Of a stretch of DNA of 54,503 nucleotides, positions 1 through 9,981 are shown piece by piece. The DNA comes from an uncultured virus (IMG/VR IMGVR_UViG_3300013006_001224) (taxonomy: Duplodnaviria; Heunggongvirae; Uroviricota; Caudoviricetes), in the IMG/VR virus record IMGVR_UViG_3300013006_001224, one strand, 5' to 3'. The first letter of the stretch is position 1. Each line of letters starts with the position of its first letter. A program made the position numbers and the translations under genes. The notes under the pieces were generated by a model. It searched no databases and had not been told where the DNA came from. It was given only the letters and a program-made list of their open reading frames with translations.

Positions 1-691
1 CATTTGCATCTGGTGAGTACCACATTAGTTGAAAATAATCACCTGCAGCCGCATTTACAAAGAAATTCCATGCTGCAACATAATGAGCTCCATTTCCTTG
101 GAGTTGTACTGATGTTGCAGTATCTGTTAAACTTGTTCCATTTTTTCTAATCCATATCCATATCTCATCAGTTCCACTATCTGTTTTATCTACTTGAGCA
201 GAAAATTGTATATTATATACACCGGCATTTTCTACTTTAATATATGTGTTAAAAGGATTTGTAGAACCGGAAACAGATACGCCATTTGTAATGTCTGTTG
301 TATTAAGAGACATTGAACGAGCAGTACCAGCAACATTAGTTTGAGTTGTTGTGTCATAAAAAGATCCATAGGATCCTGTCGCTGTATTAAATCCTCCTCC
401 TCCACCTCCTGTTGAACTAATTGTAACTTGTCCAACTCCTGTAGTTGGTGATATGGATATGTTTGCTCCTGCTAGTAATTGAGTTACTCCGCCATTAGTT
501 GCGTATGAGGCTGTTAAAGCGTATGATGCACTTATAGATGATCCAGAGCTTGTAAATTCTTTTACAATATTTCCAGATCCGCTGCCGTAAAATAGCCGGC
601 CGTCTTTAGTATTAATGGCTAATTCGCCTTGTTGTAATGAAGTAGGTGTAACTCCTACGCCGGTACTATTTTTTATTATTATTGTAGCCAT
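1..691 (-). CDS. Tail fibre / receptor-binding-like protein (runs off the left edge)
   Basis: Not in the ORF track because it is truncated. Read manually from ATG at 691: MATIIIKNSTGVGVTPTSLQQGELAINTKDGRLFYG...SASYALTASYA...GVYNIQFSAQ...IWIWIRKNG...DYFQLMW. The N-terminal GELAIN motif is typical of fibre proteins and the distal part looks C1q/BclA-like. Confidence 0.7.
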   Translation of the reverse strand, partial: MATIIIKNSTGVGVTPTSLQQGELAINTKDGRLFYGSGSGNIVKEFTSSGSSISASYALTASYATNGGVTQLLAGANISISPTTGVGQVTISSTGGGGGGFNTATGSYGSFYDTTTQTNVAGTARSMSLNTTDITNGVSVSGSTNPFNTYIKVENAGVYNIQFSAQVDKTDSGTDEIWIWIRKNGTSLTDTATSVQLQGNGAHYVAAWNFFVNAAAGDYFQLMWYSPDAN

Positions 692-709
692 TTTATATAA
701 ATATTAACA

Positions 710-3496
710 TTAGAATGTACCGCCGTCTATATACGAAGCTGTTGCAACTGATAGCGACGATAAATCTATAGCATCGAATGTCCCGTCACCTTTATATAAT
801 AATAAGGCTATATTTGCAAATACGGACGGGGCGGGTGTTGATACATAGAACGAACCAGTATTAATTGCGCCGCCGCCGAATGCGGATGACGCAGTATAAA
901 ATAATTGTCCAGTACTATTAGTAACTAGTACTCTATCAGCTCCAGCAAAAGTATTTAATCCTTGAAAAAATATTGATCCAGATAATTTACTTTGTGTAGC
1001 ACCTTTAAATGTACGTAAATCAAAACCGGGTGAAACTATTCTAAATTCGTCGTCCGCAGAACTAACACGTATATATGATGATGTGTTAGCCATAGCCGAG
1101 AAGCCAGAACCGCCGTCAACGAATTCGTTTGTTACGGTACGTAATACAGATCCGGAATAAAACAAAAATCCGGCAGTACTTCCACTTCCAGCGGCCGCCG
1201 CATTGATTCCATTATACCCTACAGTACGTATAAATCCGGAGCTAACGCCTGCTAACTCTATACCGGTATTAGTTTGATTACTTAGAAATACAGATCCAGT
1301 AATTAAGTTATTCGTGCCGTCAATATATGTATTATCGCCGTCGAACACGGCGCCGAATGCAATACTCTCTAAATCAGCTTTATTGCTACGATAATCAAAA
1401 TATTGAAATTTAAATGTTAATGGAGTGTTTAAGTGTTCTGATGGTATACGCTTGTTTAGTCGTACAAAATTTGGAGAATATCCAGTTTCTTTATCTGCTA
1501 ATAATTGAACATCTGCTATAATAAACGACCCATTACGTGATACAAATTTTAAATCTACAGTAGCATTGTCTAGAGCTTTAAATCTAAATTGCACATTGGA
1601 ATATGCGGAAGGTGTATGTTTAACTTGATAGGTTCCTATTCGTATACCTAAAGCATTGTTATCGCCGAACACTCCAGTTAATGTTGCATTAATATTTGGT
1701 ACTGGAATTATTTCACCTGCTTGAGAATATTGAAACTCTTCTTGTACTTCGATTTGCGAGCCAGATATATATACATCTACTCTAGCATTTGGTATATTTG
1801 CATCTGCAGATGAATAATTATCAATTGTCAAATCATTTGCTATACGAAATTTAACAATATACTCTGTGTTTTTAGTAATAGCTGGACGGTACTGTTGTTT
1901 AATGTTAAACACTCCAGCGTCACCTATTCCCGCTATATATTGATTACCGGGTAGCCAATTGGCTAATAATCTAGCACCGCCTATTATTGTATCATTATCA
2001 TATGTAATTGTAAACGGAGTCGTAACAGTGCCTATACCACTTGTTTCCCAATACTGATTAATTTCTGCTAAATTATCAAAGCGTCCATAGTTTTCATAAT
2101 ACGAGCCGACAACAACATTAGTTTCCAATGTATTACTGTCAACTAATAAATCAGTTTGTTCTAGAATAGTATCACCGATGTCTATAAAGTCTCCAAAGAA
2201 GCCGCTAGGCTTATATAATGTTTTAACTTTGTATACATCGCCTGTAGCTGGCTCGATATCTGATAAAATAATATCAGCAAAGCTAGCAGAGTTTTGTGTT
2301 AGTATAGTACTAGTAGGTTGTATAAAACTAGCAGTAAAGTTTGATGAAGCTTGAATAGCATTAACATCATATAATGAATATCCGCCACCGCCGCCGGTTC
2401 CTCCTCCGATTGCCACTGTCTGTGTTTTACGTAACGTTATATTAAACGGCCCAAACGTATTATCATCAGCATTTTTAAATCCTGCAAATTGAGAGACTAA
2501 TGCCTGTGTTGAATTTATGACATTAACAATAGCAAATTTAATTGAACCACTTAATTGGCTAGGGGATGTAGAATAATTTGCATTAGTTTCATTGACCTGA
2601 GAATCAGGATATATTAAACTAGCTTTACCCCGTGTTAATGCCTGTATATTAATATTTGGATTATTAATAACAATTACACCGCCTTCCATTGACTGAGATA
2701 ATGGTAAACCTGTAGTTGTTAGTAATGAATATCCATTTAACGTATTCAGTGGCGGCGATAATGTAGTTGTGCCGCTAGTTAATGCTAATGTATTTTGAGG
2801 AACAGATAAATCGTAAAACTGATTTCCAAATGATGGTGTGCCGGCCGATTGTGCTCCTTGTGGTACAGTAGTATCCGGTCCGGTTGGCCCACCAAACGCC
2901 CCATTTAATATTTGATTGGATACTGGAGTAACAGTTACCGTAGCTCCACTCGCTGACATTTGAGTGAACACATTATATACGTTTGACGGCTGCAAATAGG
3001 CTTGTACAGTTTCCGTTACAGTTACATTTGGGTAGTTAGTGTATATAATTTCTACATCGTTACGGTCGTTGGGGGCAATTGTTAATGCACGACTCCATAA
3101 CACATTAGGAGTATTTCGGGTCGTTACGTCCCATGGTATAGTTTGATTAGTAGCTGGATTAACACCTGCTCGGCCTGCAATATAAACTGTACAATCGCCT
3201 GGTGAGGTATCTTCGTAGATATAAACGGCAACAACACGTGTACCTTCCTTTTCAATATACTGCAATGGTTCGTAGTATATCGGATTACCATTGTAATCTA
3301 ATATCTCAATAAAAATTTCGCTGTTAGTAACTAACTTAGAAGCATTAGCTCTTAACTTAATTAAGTTTTTACCAGCTTTAAATTTATCCGGAAACTCAAT
3401 AATATTAAAGAAATCACGTGATATAGCATCGGTATCATATACGGTATAGCTATAATCTTTTAATCCTACGTACGAGACTTTTTTACGTAACGGCAT
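710..3496 (-). CDS. Large virion structural (tail/baseplate-associated) protein
   Basis: 928 aa, beta-rich, S/T/G/N-rich, SGS/TASY repeats, ends IDGGTF; preceded by the late motif and adjacent to the fibre gene. Confidence 0.55.
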   Translation of the reverse strand: MPLRKKVSYVGLKDYSYTVYDTDAISRDFFNIIEFPDKFKAGKNLIKLRANASKLVTNSEIFIEILDYNGNPIYYEPLQYIEKEGTRVVAVYIYEDTSPGDCTVYIAGRAGVNPATNQTIPWDVTTRNTPNVLWSRALTIAPNDRNDVEIIYTNYPNVTVTETVQAYLQPSNVYNVFTQMSASGATVTVTPVSNQILNGAFGGPTGPDTTVPQGAQSAGTPSFGNQFYDLSVPQNTLALTSGTTTLSPPLNTLNGYSLLTTTGLPLSQSMEGGVIVINNPNINIQALTRGKASLIYPDSQVNETNANYSTSPSQLSGSIKFAIVNVINSTQALVSQFAGFKNADDNTFGPFNITLRKTQTVAIGGGTGGGGGYSLYDVNAIQASSNFTASFIQPTSTILTQNSASFADIILSDIEPATGDVYKVKTLYKPSGFFGDFIDIGDTILEQTDLLVDSNTLETNVVVGSYYENYGRFDNLAEINQYWETSGIGTVTTPFTITYDNDTIIGGARLLANWLPGNQYIAGIGDAGVFNIKQQYRPAITKNTEYIVKFRIANDLTIDNYSSADANIPNARVDVYISGSQIEVQEEFQYSQAGEIIPVPNINATLTGVFGDNNALGIRIGTYQVKHTPSAYSNVQFRFKALDNATVDLKFVSRNGSFIIADVQLLADKETGYSPNFVRLNKRIPSEHLNTPLTFKFQYFDYRSNKADLESIAFGAVFDGDNTYIDGTNNLITGSVFLSNQTNTGIELAGVSSGFIRTVGYNGINAAAAGSGSTAGFLFYSGSVLRTVTNEFVDGGSGFSAMANTSSYIRVSSADDEFRIVSPGFDLRTFKGATQSKLSGSIFFQGLNTFAGADRVLVTNSTGQLFYTASSAFGGGAINTGSFYVSTPAPSVFANIALLLYKGDGTFDAIDLSSLSVATASYIDGGTF

Positions 3497-3522
3497 TCAT
3501 CATTCCTAATTTCATATAAATA

Positions 3523-6500
3523 TCAGGAATAACTTATTTTAGAGTATCCATACTCCTTTTTGATTTCAATAAGCTTGTCTACAATATCTCGCATAGCATC
3601 GATATGTGATATACACATAATGAATCCAAACTGGGACTTAAGATAATCAAACAATGCGAACATGCTATTTAAATTATCAGAATCTAATACGCCAAATCCT
3701 TCGTCTATTGCTAAGAAGTTTGGTCTTGGTAAACTTGATATTTTAATTAATGATGTACGAATTGCCAATGAAGCAATAAACTTTTCCATACCAGAACTTA
3801 ATTCTAACGGCCAAAAGTTATCTTGGTCATAAACAATGTAACCGTTAATATTCTTTCCGTCAGTTTCTAACAATATAGAAAAGTCCACAATTTGCGCTAG
3901 TATATTATTTATCTCAGCTTCAATTTGCGGTAATGCTTTTGTAATCAATCGATACGGTACGCCGTCTCTTTTAACCGATAACAAATAATATTCATAGCCT
4001 TTATACTGTATTTCTAAATCATGTAATCTTGTAATAGCTTTTTCTGCATCATGTTTAGCTTGTTCAGCCATTAATATCTTTCCAGATATCTGTAAAATAT
4101 TCGCTTCTAATGATTTTATTTCGTTTGTTAACCCAGCAATCTCTTGTTGATGCTCTAAAATTTCTTCGTTCTTTTCTTCGTTAAATTTAAGGTCATCAAT
4201 ATGTTGTAATGAGTCATTTAAGAATCGATTCAATTCTTGCAAATCTGCATTAACGTTTTGAATTGCTGATTTTAGTTTTTGATCTTTTAATTGTAATTCA
4301 GATTGCTTTAAAATATATTTCCCTTCTAATGCCTTTAATTCATGTATCGTTACGTAAGCTTTATTAATGCTATACATATCACACTTCGGCCAAATCGCAG
4401 CAATCTCTGCTTGTAATGTCATATATTCTTTTTGTAACTCAGGCAATCGTTCACTAGCTTTTTTAGTATCTTGTAACCATGGATTAGCCATGCAATATTT
4501 ACAATTTGGATCCCATTGATGTTTTTCCAATTTTGAAACCATTTTTTCGGCATGTACAATATCCATATCCAATAACTTTTCTCTCGATGTCAATTCGCGA
4601 TGTGTATCAATATTGTTTAGAATCGCTTGTTTTTCAGCATCTAACAAATCTAAGTCATATATACTTAGTGTATGAGCCGTACTATCAATATTGATAATTA
4701 CAGTATCGAGTTGGGCTGTTATGTCATCTACCTGCGCTAATAAACTATCTAATTCAATTTGTTTTTTATCAACTTTAACACGTATATTATCTGGCTTTTC
4801 AATGCCAGTGCCAATAGTCTTTAGTTCTTTGGTCATGCTAATAACTATCTCAGTCAGATCATCTTTCATAGATTCTAACTCAGACTTTTGTTTAGTAATA
4901 TTTGCTAACGACTTAGATAAATTCGTTATGGATTGTCCAGCTTCCGCTAATGATGTACTATGATCTATACGTTTATATTCTCTAATTAAAGCAGCTGTCT
5001 CACGAATTTCTTCATTTGCTATCTGATACTGTTGTTCAAATACGTCTATATCTAAAAACTGAGTAAGTAGTTCTTTACGTTCACGTTGTGACATATCAAT
5101 AAACCCAGTGTTATTACTTTGCAAAGATAAAGCCGTTAACACAAAGTCTTCATATGAACCTAAATACTGACGAATTATTTTATTTGTAGTATCACGCTGG
5201 TCTCCATTTAATAACACTTCTTCGCCGTTTTCATCAATAACCCAAAAGTTAACATCAACTTTAACATGGCCCTTATTATTCTTTTTACCAGTACGTTGTA
5301 TAAAATAATCTTTACCGTCTAATTCAAATTGAAACTTACAATCAAAATTACTACGTTTATTATTTAATACATGTATCGCTTTTGTAGTACGACTACATCT
5401 ATCAAAGCAGCAAAATGCCAATGCATCTAATAATGTAGATTTTCCAGATGCATTCGGAGCAAATAAGCCATATGACCCGTTCAATGTAGAAAAATCAACG
5501 ACATTATCATTACCATAACTAAACATATTACTAAACTCAAACATCTTAGGAGTCCATAATGCATTTCTAGTTATTTCTGATTCAGGTAACTTACCGTGCA
5601 CAGTACGATTAATATGTCTAACACAATCCAATAGTTCTTCATCTAAAGCATATTCATCATTTAAGTAATCTGTAATAGCGGTGTTTTGCCATTCCACATC
5701 ACGAATATCACCAAAGTTAACTTTTTGCTTTGAATCATAATTGCTTAAAGCATTTACTTTATGAATTGCAATCTCCTGCACTTTATATTGTTTACGTAAT
5801 TCTGATACTATAGTTTTTAATACAGATGTTTCAGTATCTTTAACCTTTAATCTTAATTTTGGCTTCTTAGGTACATCATTTGACGGGTTAAGTATAACAC
5901 CATTATCAATTTCAAATGTATAATAACCATGGTCATTAACAAGCTCAATAAACTCGGAAGTACTAGTCGCCAAGTCCCATACTAATATTCCATGGTGCAA
6001 AGCTTCGCCATGGTTTTGTTGAATTAAACTACCCGGATATGCAATTGTTTTCTTGCTATCTAAGAATTGTAACTTATGAATATCTCCTAGCAATACTAGA
6101 TCATGGCCTTCAAATAATTCATTTGTAACATGTGTATTACTTAAGGTCATTCCAATATCAGTTTGAGCTAAATTTACAGCTCCGTGGTGTAAAGCAATCT
6201 TATATTTTCCATCAAAATCTTTAGCTTTTATGTATTCAGATGGCTTATTAAAGATAGACATAACGTTAAAGTGTACATCAGATATACAATATATCCCGTT
6301 GTCTTTAAGGTAATGTAATTGAGGGTGGTTAAGGGCCTTAACAATAGGGGAAATGGCGTCTAACCGAGTCGCGTTATTAAGGTTACAATCATGATTTCCG
6401 CAAATTATTATAGTAGGTGCAATATCCGCTAAATTCTGAAAAAAATCTGATACTACATGTACTAGTTCTGGTGACATATCTGTTTTAGCGTGGACAATAT

Positions 6501-6669
6501 CTCCAGCCACATAGATTAAACTGTCTTTTGTTTTTGTCTTTTTAATGTAAGTATATAACTTTTTAAATACTTGCTGGTATTCATCGTGTCGTTTAACATT
6601 CCTAACATGTACATCTGCAATGTGATAAATTTTATCAATATGCTCTAACCCAATATCTATAGTAAACAT
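3523..6669 (-). CDS. Fused Mre11/SbcD nuclease - Rad50/SbcC ATPase (T4 gp47-gp46-like)
   Basis: Metallophosphoesterase motifs DVH, GD, GNHD, HH, GDIH. Walker A APNASGKST, coiled coil with CKYC zinc hook, signature LSSGMEK, Walker B/D-loop LAIDEGFGVLD, H-loop ISH. Confidence 0.92.
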   Translation of the reverse strand: MFTIDIGLEHIDKIYHIADVHVRNVKRHDEYQQVFKKLYTYIKKTKTKDSLIYVAGDIVHAKTDMSPELVHVVSDFFQNLADIAPTIIICGNHDCNLNNATRLDAISPIVKALNHPQLHYLKDNGIYCISDVHFNVMSIFNKPSEYIKAKDFDGKYKIALHHGAVNLAQTDIGMTLSNTHVTNELFEGHDLVLLGDIHKLQFLDSKKTIAYPGSLIQQNHGEALHHGILVWDLATSTSEFIELVNDHGYYTFEIDNGVILNPSNDVPKKPKLRLKVKDTETSVLKTIVSELRKQYKVQEIAIHKVNALSNYDSKQKVNFGDIRDVEWQNTAITDYLNDEYALDEELLDCVRHINRTVHGKLPESEITRNALWTPKMFEFSNMFSYGNDNVVDFSTLNGSYGLFAPNASGKSTLLDALAFCCFDRCSRTTKAIHVLNNKRSNFDCKFQFELDGKDYFIQRTGKKNNKGHVKVDVNFWVIDENGEEVLLNGDQRDTTNKIIRQYLGSYEDFVLTALSLQSNNTGFIDMSQRERKELLTQFLDIDVFEQQYQIANEEIRETAALIREYKRIDHSTSLAEAGQSITNLSKSLANITKQKSELESMKDDLTEIVISMTKELKTIGTGIEKPDNIRVKVDKKQIELDSLLAQVDDITAQLDTVIINIDSTAHTLSIYDLDLLDAEKQAILNNIDTHRELTSREKLLDMDIVHAEKMVSKLEKHQWDPNCKYCMANPWLQDTKKASERLPELQKEYMTLQAEIAAIWPKCDMYSINKAYVTIHELKALEGKYILKQSELQLKDQKLKSAIQNVNADLQELNRFLNDSLQHIDDLKFNEEKNEEILEHQQEIAGLTNEIKSLEANILQISGKILMAEQAKHDAEKAITRLHDLEIQYKGYEYYLLSVKRDGVPYRLITKALPQIEAEINNILAQIVDFSILLETDGKNINGYIVYDQDNFWPLELSSGMEKFIASLAIRTSLIKISSLPRPNFLAIDEGFGVLDSDNLNSMFALFDYLKSQFGFIMCISHIDAMRDIVDKLIEIKKEYGYSKISYS

Positions 6670-7583
6670 AGTATTTTCTCTTCTATTAATTTATTTGCAG
6701 TTAACTGCGGCGTCAAGTCTAATAATTCTTTTATCTTTAAGAATCCTAATTTACTAGGATCTTTATCTGTTAAGTCTACAAAGTATACATTAACTCCGTT
6801 ACTTATAAAATACTCAGCAGCTTCTAATGCTTGCTTACGAGCATCTAAATCTAAACATATGTAAATGTCCGTCACTCCCTTTTCAACAATACGTTTCTTT
6901 AAAGTATTTGAGATAGTCTTACCAAACAATGGAATAACGTTACGTTTGATTGCAATTGCATCAAATGCTCCTTCTACTAATATAATAGGCATAGTCCAGT
7001 TTATATGTAATTCAAATCCAACTATATCTTTTGATACTTTAGGATTCTTATGTTTATACATATCTGACTCGTAATAAGCTCTAGCTACAAAGTAGTTTAA
7101 ACTCCCATTAGCATCGTAACTAGGAATTATAATTTTTTTAGCGTATTGGCCTTTCCTACAGTACCCCATTCTATACTTAAGAATATCTTTAATAGTGATA
7201 CCTCGATTCTTAAGATAATAAATAGCATTTCTATACTCCGGAGATGTCGTATCCAATACCCATAATGGACGATATTCTTCTGGCAATGTAACAACCGGAG
7301 TATCTGTTGTAGTCTTAGTAGGTTTATATTCTGTCTCATCTACTAGTTTAAGTAATTGAGCAATCTTATCGCGTTGAACATTAAGTTTACGAAACAAGAC
7401 ACTTAACTTTCTACCAGATGCATTACAAACCCAGCAATGCCAGTATTGTGTTACAAGATTAACTTCTAGCTTCTTCTTTTGAGTATGACAGAATGGACAA
7501 CAATAAGCTATGTTATCGTTGGAATTCGTTTTGCCTTTACCTAAGACAGAATCTAATAAAGTGATTAAAGAGTACTTACTCAT
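6657..7583 (-). CDS. DNA primase (zinc finger + TOPRIM)
   Basis: CPFC...CWVC zinc finger, YLKNRGI, IIIP, TOPRIM VEGAFD and DLD motifs. Confidence 0.9.
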   Translation of the reverse strand: MSKYSLITLLDSVLGKGKTNSNDNIAYCCPFCHTQKKKLEVNLVTQYWHCWVCNASGRKLSVLFRKLNVQRDKIAQLLKLVDETEYKPTKTTTDTPVVTLPEEYRPLWVLDTTSPEYRNAIYYLKNRGITIKDILKYRMGYCRKGQYAKKIIIPSYDANGSLNYFVARAYYESDMYKHKNPKVSKDIVGFELHINWTMPIILVEGAFDAIAIKRNVIPLFGKTISNTLKKRIVEKGVTDIYICLDLDARKQALEAAEYFISNGVNVYFVDLTDKDPSKLGFLKIKELLDLTPQLTANKLIEEKILCLL

Positions 7584-7693
7584 TATAATATTATAACATT
7601 ATATGATTAGCAACGTTATTATATAACATTGTTTCATTCATTAACTTTCATAAAAATTTATTAATATGAATTTATATAAAAAATCTCATAAGA

Positions 7694-8101
7694 TCAAGAG
7701 ATTAGCCAACTTTCCGGAATCTTTTTTTCTGCCCACTGAATTCCATGCTTATCACAAAAGTCTGCATATGATGTTTTTGAACCTTTACGAATCTTGGTTT
7801 TTGGGCTTTGAAAGAGGATGCGTACATCGAGCTCCGGGTGTTGTTCTTTAACTAATAAGTGCTTTTTACGGTCTTCTGTAGTCCAACGACCCTTTGTTTC
7901 TATTAGTATTCCATTCGGTAACGTGAAATCAACTGTATATTTTGACTGGCGTTCCGGTACTGTATACTTGATAACAGTCTGTTCGTACTTAGGATCTATA
8001 TTTAATTCTTCTAACTGTTCAGATATCTTATGTTCGAAACCTGAGCGATAACCGTATTTGATAGCGTTCGACCGTATCTTAGACTTTACATTCCATGCCA
8101 T
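7694..8101 (-). CDS. T7 endonuclease I-like Holliday junction resolvase
   Basis: GYRSGFE, YTVDF.LPNG..IETKGR, QHPELD.R..F, KGSKTSYADFC.KHG. Confidence 0.92.
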   Translation of the reverse strand: MAWNVKSKIRSNAIKYGYRSGFEHKISEQLEELNIDPKYEQTVIKYTVPERQSKYTVDFTLPNGILIETKGRWTTEDRKKHLLVKEQHPELDVRILFQSPKTKIRKGSKTSYADFCDKHGIQWAEKKIPESWLIS

Positions 8102-8130
8102 AACTTATTCCTTTTATATAAATATGATGA

Positions 8131-9972
8131 TTAGTAATCCCAACGAAGAATTATATTTGTCGGTATATCATCACGTTTTTGTATTGCTTGACCCAATTTT
8201 CCTACGGCTAACAACTGGCCTTTATTATTGTACAATCCAATTGTAGTGATATATGGATATATACTGCCTGATATAAATCCTGTTAAACGATACTCACCTG
8301 GCTCGTTATATCGTTCAGCTCCTCGACCCGGTCCTGCTGTATTACAATTATTATCTTGCCCACTACCCATTCTAAATGTAGCAGTAGGGTTAGTACTTAC
8401 ATTCATAACATCTGCTGGTACACGTACCATTACTTCATTTTCATAAACGGTACGTTGGCCTCTATATGTTAAATTCCAATCTCCGATAAAGAATCCAGAT
8501 CCGGAATTATATTTTGGTAATGGCGATGTTATAACTACTTGTTCATTTCTATAAAATACATTTCCGGCTACATTAGTTTGATATAGTGAGCCAGATAAAT
8601 AATGTCTATTAGCTAATGACTGTATAGCAGTATCATTTAACGAATAATCATAAAAACGTAACTCAGCTAAATTGCCTTTATACCCAAATCGATATGTAGT
8701 ATCAACAGCTCCTATTATAATATCAGCCATATTCACTGTTGTTTCTGATGGTATAAAGTTTACAGCTTCTGATACACCGTTTCGGTATATTGTGATATTA
8801 TCTCCGTTATATACAATAGCATAATGTTGCCATATGGATGCAGACACTCCGGCATATAACTCGGTTGTTGTATTGCCATCACTAGCAATAAATTTTAATG
8901 ACGGACGATCACCGGTCGCTACAGTGTAACTAGCAGATACATAACTACTAGATACATAAAAGTTATTTAATACAGTACCTAAGCTTATTTCAAAAGGTGT
9001 TTTATAACCAACCCATGGCTCTGTTAAATGATTTGGACGATTAATAACTGTATCAGCATATCCTATCACTGTACCGGTATTATTACCATTAGGTATAGGC
9101 TGCAATTGTCTAGTTACTGAACCTTTTGATAGAATAACACTTGGAGCTGTTGTACTATTTAATGAAGCCGAATCTGGATTAATCCAGAATGATATAGACC
9201 ATCGGTCACAATGATTAAACCTATTATAAATTTCGTTATTAGCTAATCGTATATAACTAGACCCGTTAAAGTATCCAGATAATCCAGAATCATGTACATT
9301 AGATGTACCATTGATTAAAGTAACCCCCGGCCGAATTTCTACATTACATACAATACTATCAACGGTTGTATTTTGACGTTGAAATGTAATATTACCTGCG
9401 TCAATTAATCCAAAATTATTATTGAACTTACGGTACGTGTCATTAAATGTATAATACATACGTAAATAACTAGCAGATGCAAATGAGCTAGTTAGTATAA
9501 GCGAATCACGTAAGCTACCATATGAATCATCGCGTAATGTAATCTGTTGTCCACTAACAGAACTAGATACAGTAACACTCCCTGGCTTTATTCGTTCGCC
9601 GGCATCTAAATATGGAATGGCTATTGTGGAAGCCGAATAAAATAAAAATTTATAGTTTTTATCAATATTTGTTAACTCACTACTTCTAGCCCAATCATAT
9701 GGGTATCGATAAAATCGATGATCTAAGCTACGCCATTCAATATTTTGATCTGACTGATCTGTATTAAGTAAAAATCTAGATGACGGGTCATTTGTACTGA
9801 TGAAACCTGTATTATGTACTGCCGATCGAATATAATAACCAGAACTAGTATTAGCTAAGTTACAACTTGATCCTGTTATATTTGTAACAGTATACTGTTT
9901 GTATACTTTAAAAGGTCGTACATGTACGTCATTAAATCGTACCGGTCTAAATACAGATGGTGTAGCTGACAT
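8131..9972 (-). CDS. Virion structural protein with LamG/concanavalin-like domain
   Basis: SISFWINP...WQHYAIVY...IYRNG...GNLAELRFYDYSL is the LamG pattern. The C-terminal YITTIGLYN..LLAVGKL domain is shared with the neighbouring gene. Confidence 0.7.
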   Translation of the reverse strand: MSATPSVFRPVRFNDVHVRPFKVYKQYTVTNITGSSCNLANTSSGYYIRSAVHNTGFISTNDPSSRFLLNTDQSDQNIEWRSLDHRFYRYPYDWARSSELTNIDKNYKFLFYSASTIAIPYLDAGERIKPGSVTVSSSVSGQQITLRDDSYGSLRDSLILTSSFASASYLRMYYTFNDTYRKFNNNFGLIDAGNITFQRQNTTVDSIVCNVEIRPGVTLINGTSNVHDSGLSGYFNGSSYIRLANNEIYNRFNHCDRWSISFWINPDSASLNSTTAPSVILSKGSVTRQLQPIPNGNNTGTVIGYADTVINRPNHLTEPWVGYKTPFEISLGTVLNNFYVSSSYVSASYTVATGDRPSLKFIASDGNTTTELYAGVSASIWQHYAIVYNGDNITIYRNGVSEAVNFIPSETTVNMADIIIGAVDTTYRFGYKGNLAELRFYDYSLNDTAIQSLANRHYLSGSLYQTNVAGNVFYRNEQVVITSPLPKYNSGSGFFIGDWNLTYRGQRTVYENEVMVRVPADVMNVSTNPTATFRMGSGQDNNCNTAGPGRGAERYNEPGEYRLTGFISGSIYPYITTIGLYNNKGQLLAVGKLGQAIQKRDDIPTNIILRWDY

Positions 9973-9981
9973 ATCATTTTA

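Noticed and set aside
232..435. 67-aa minus-strand ORF
   Set aside because: It is an alternative frame inside the truncated fibre gene that starts at 691.
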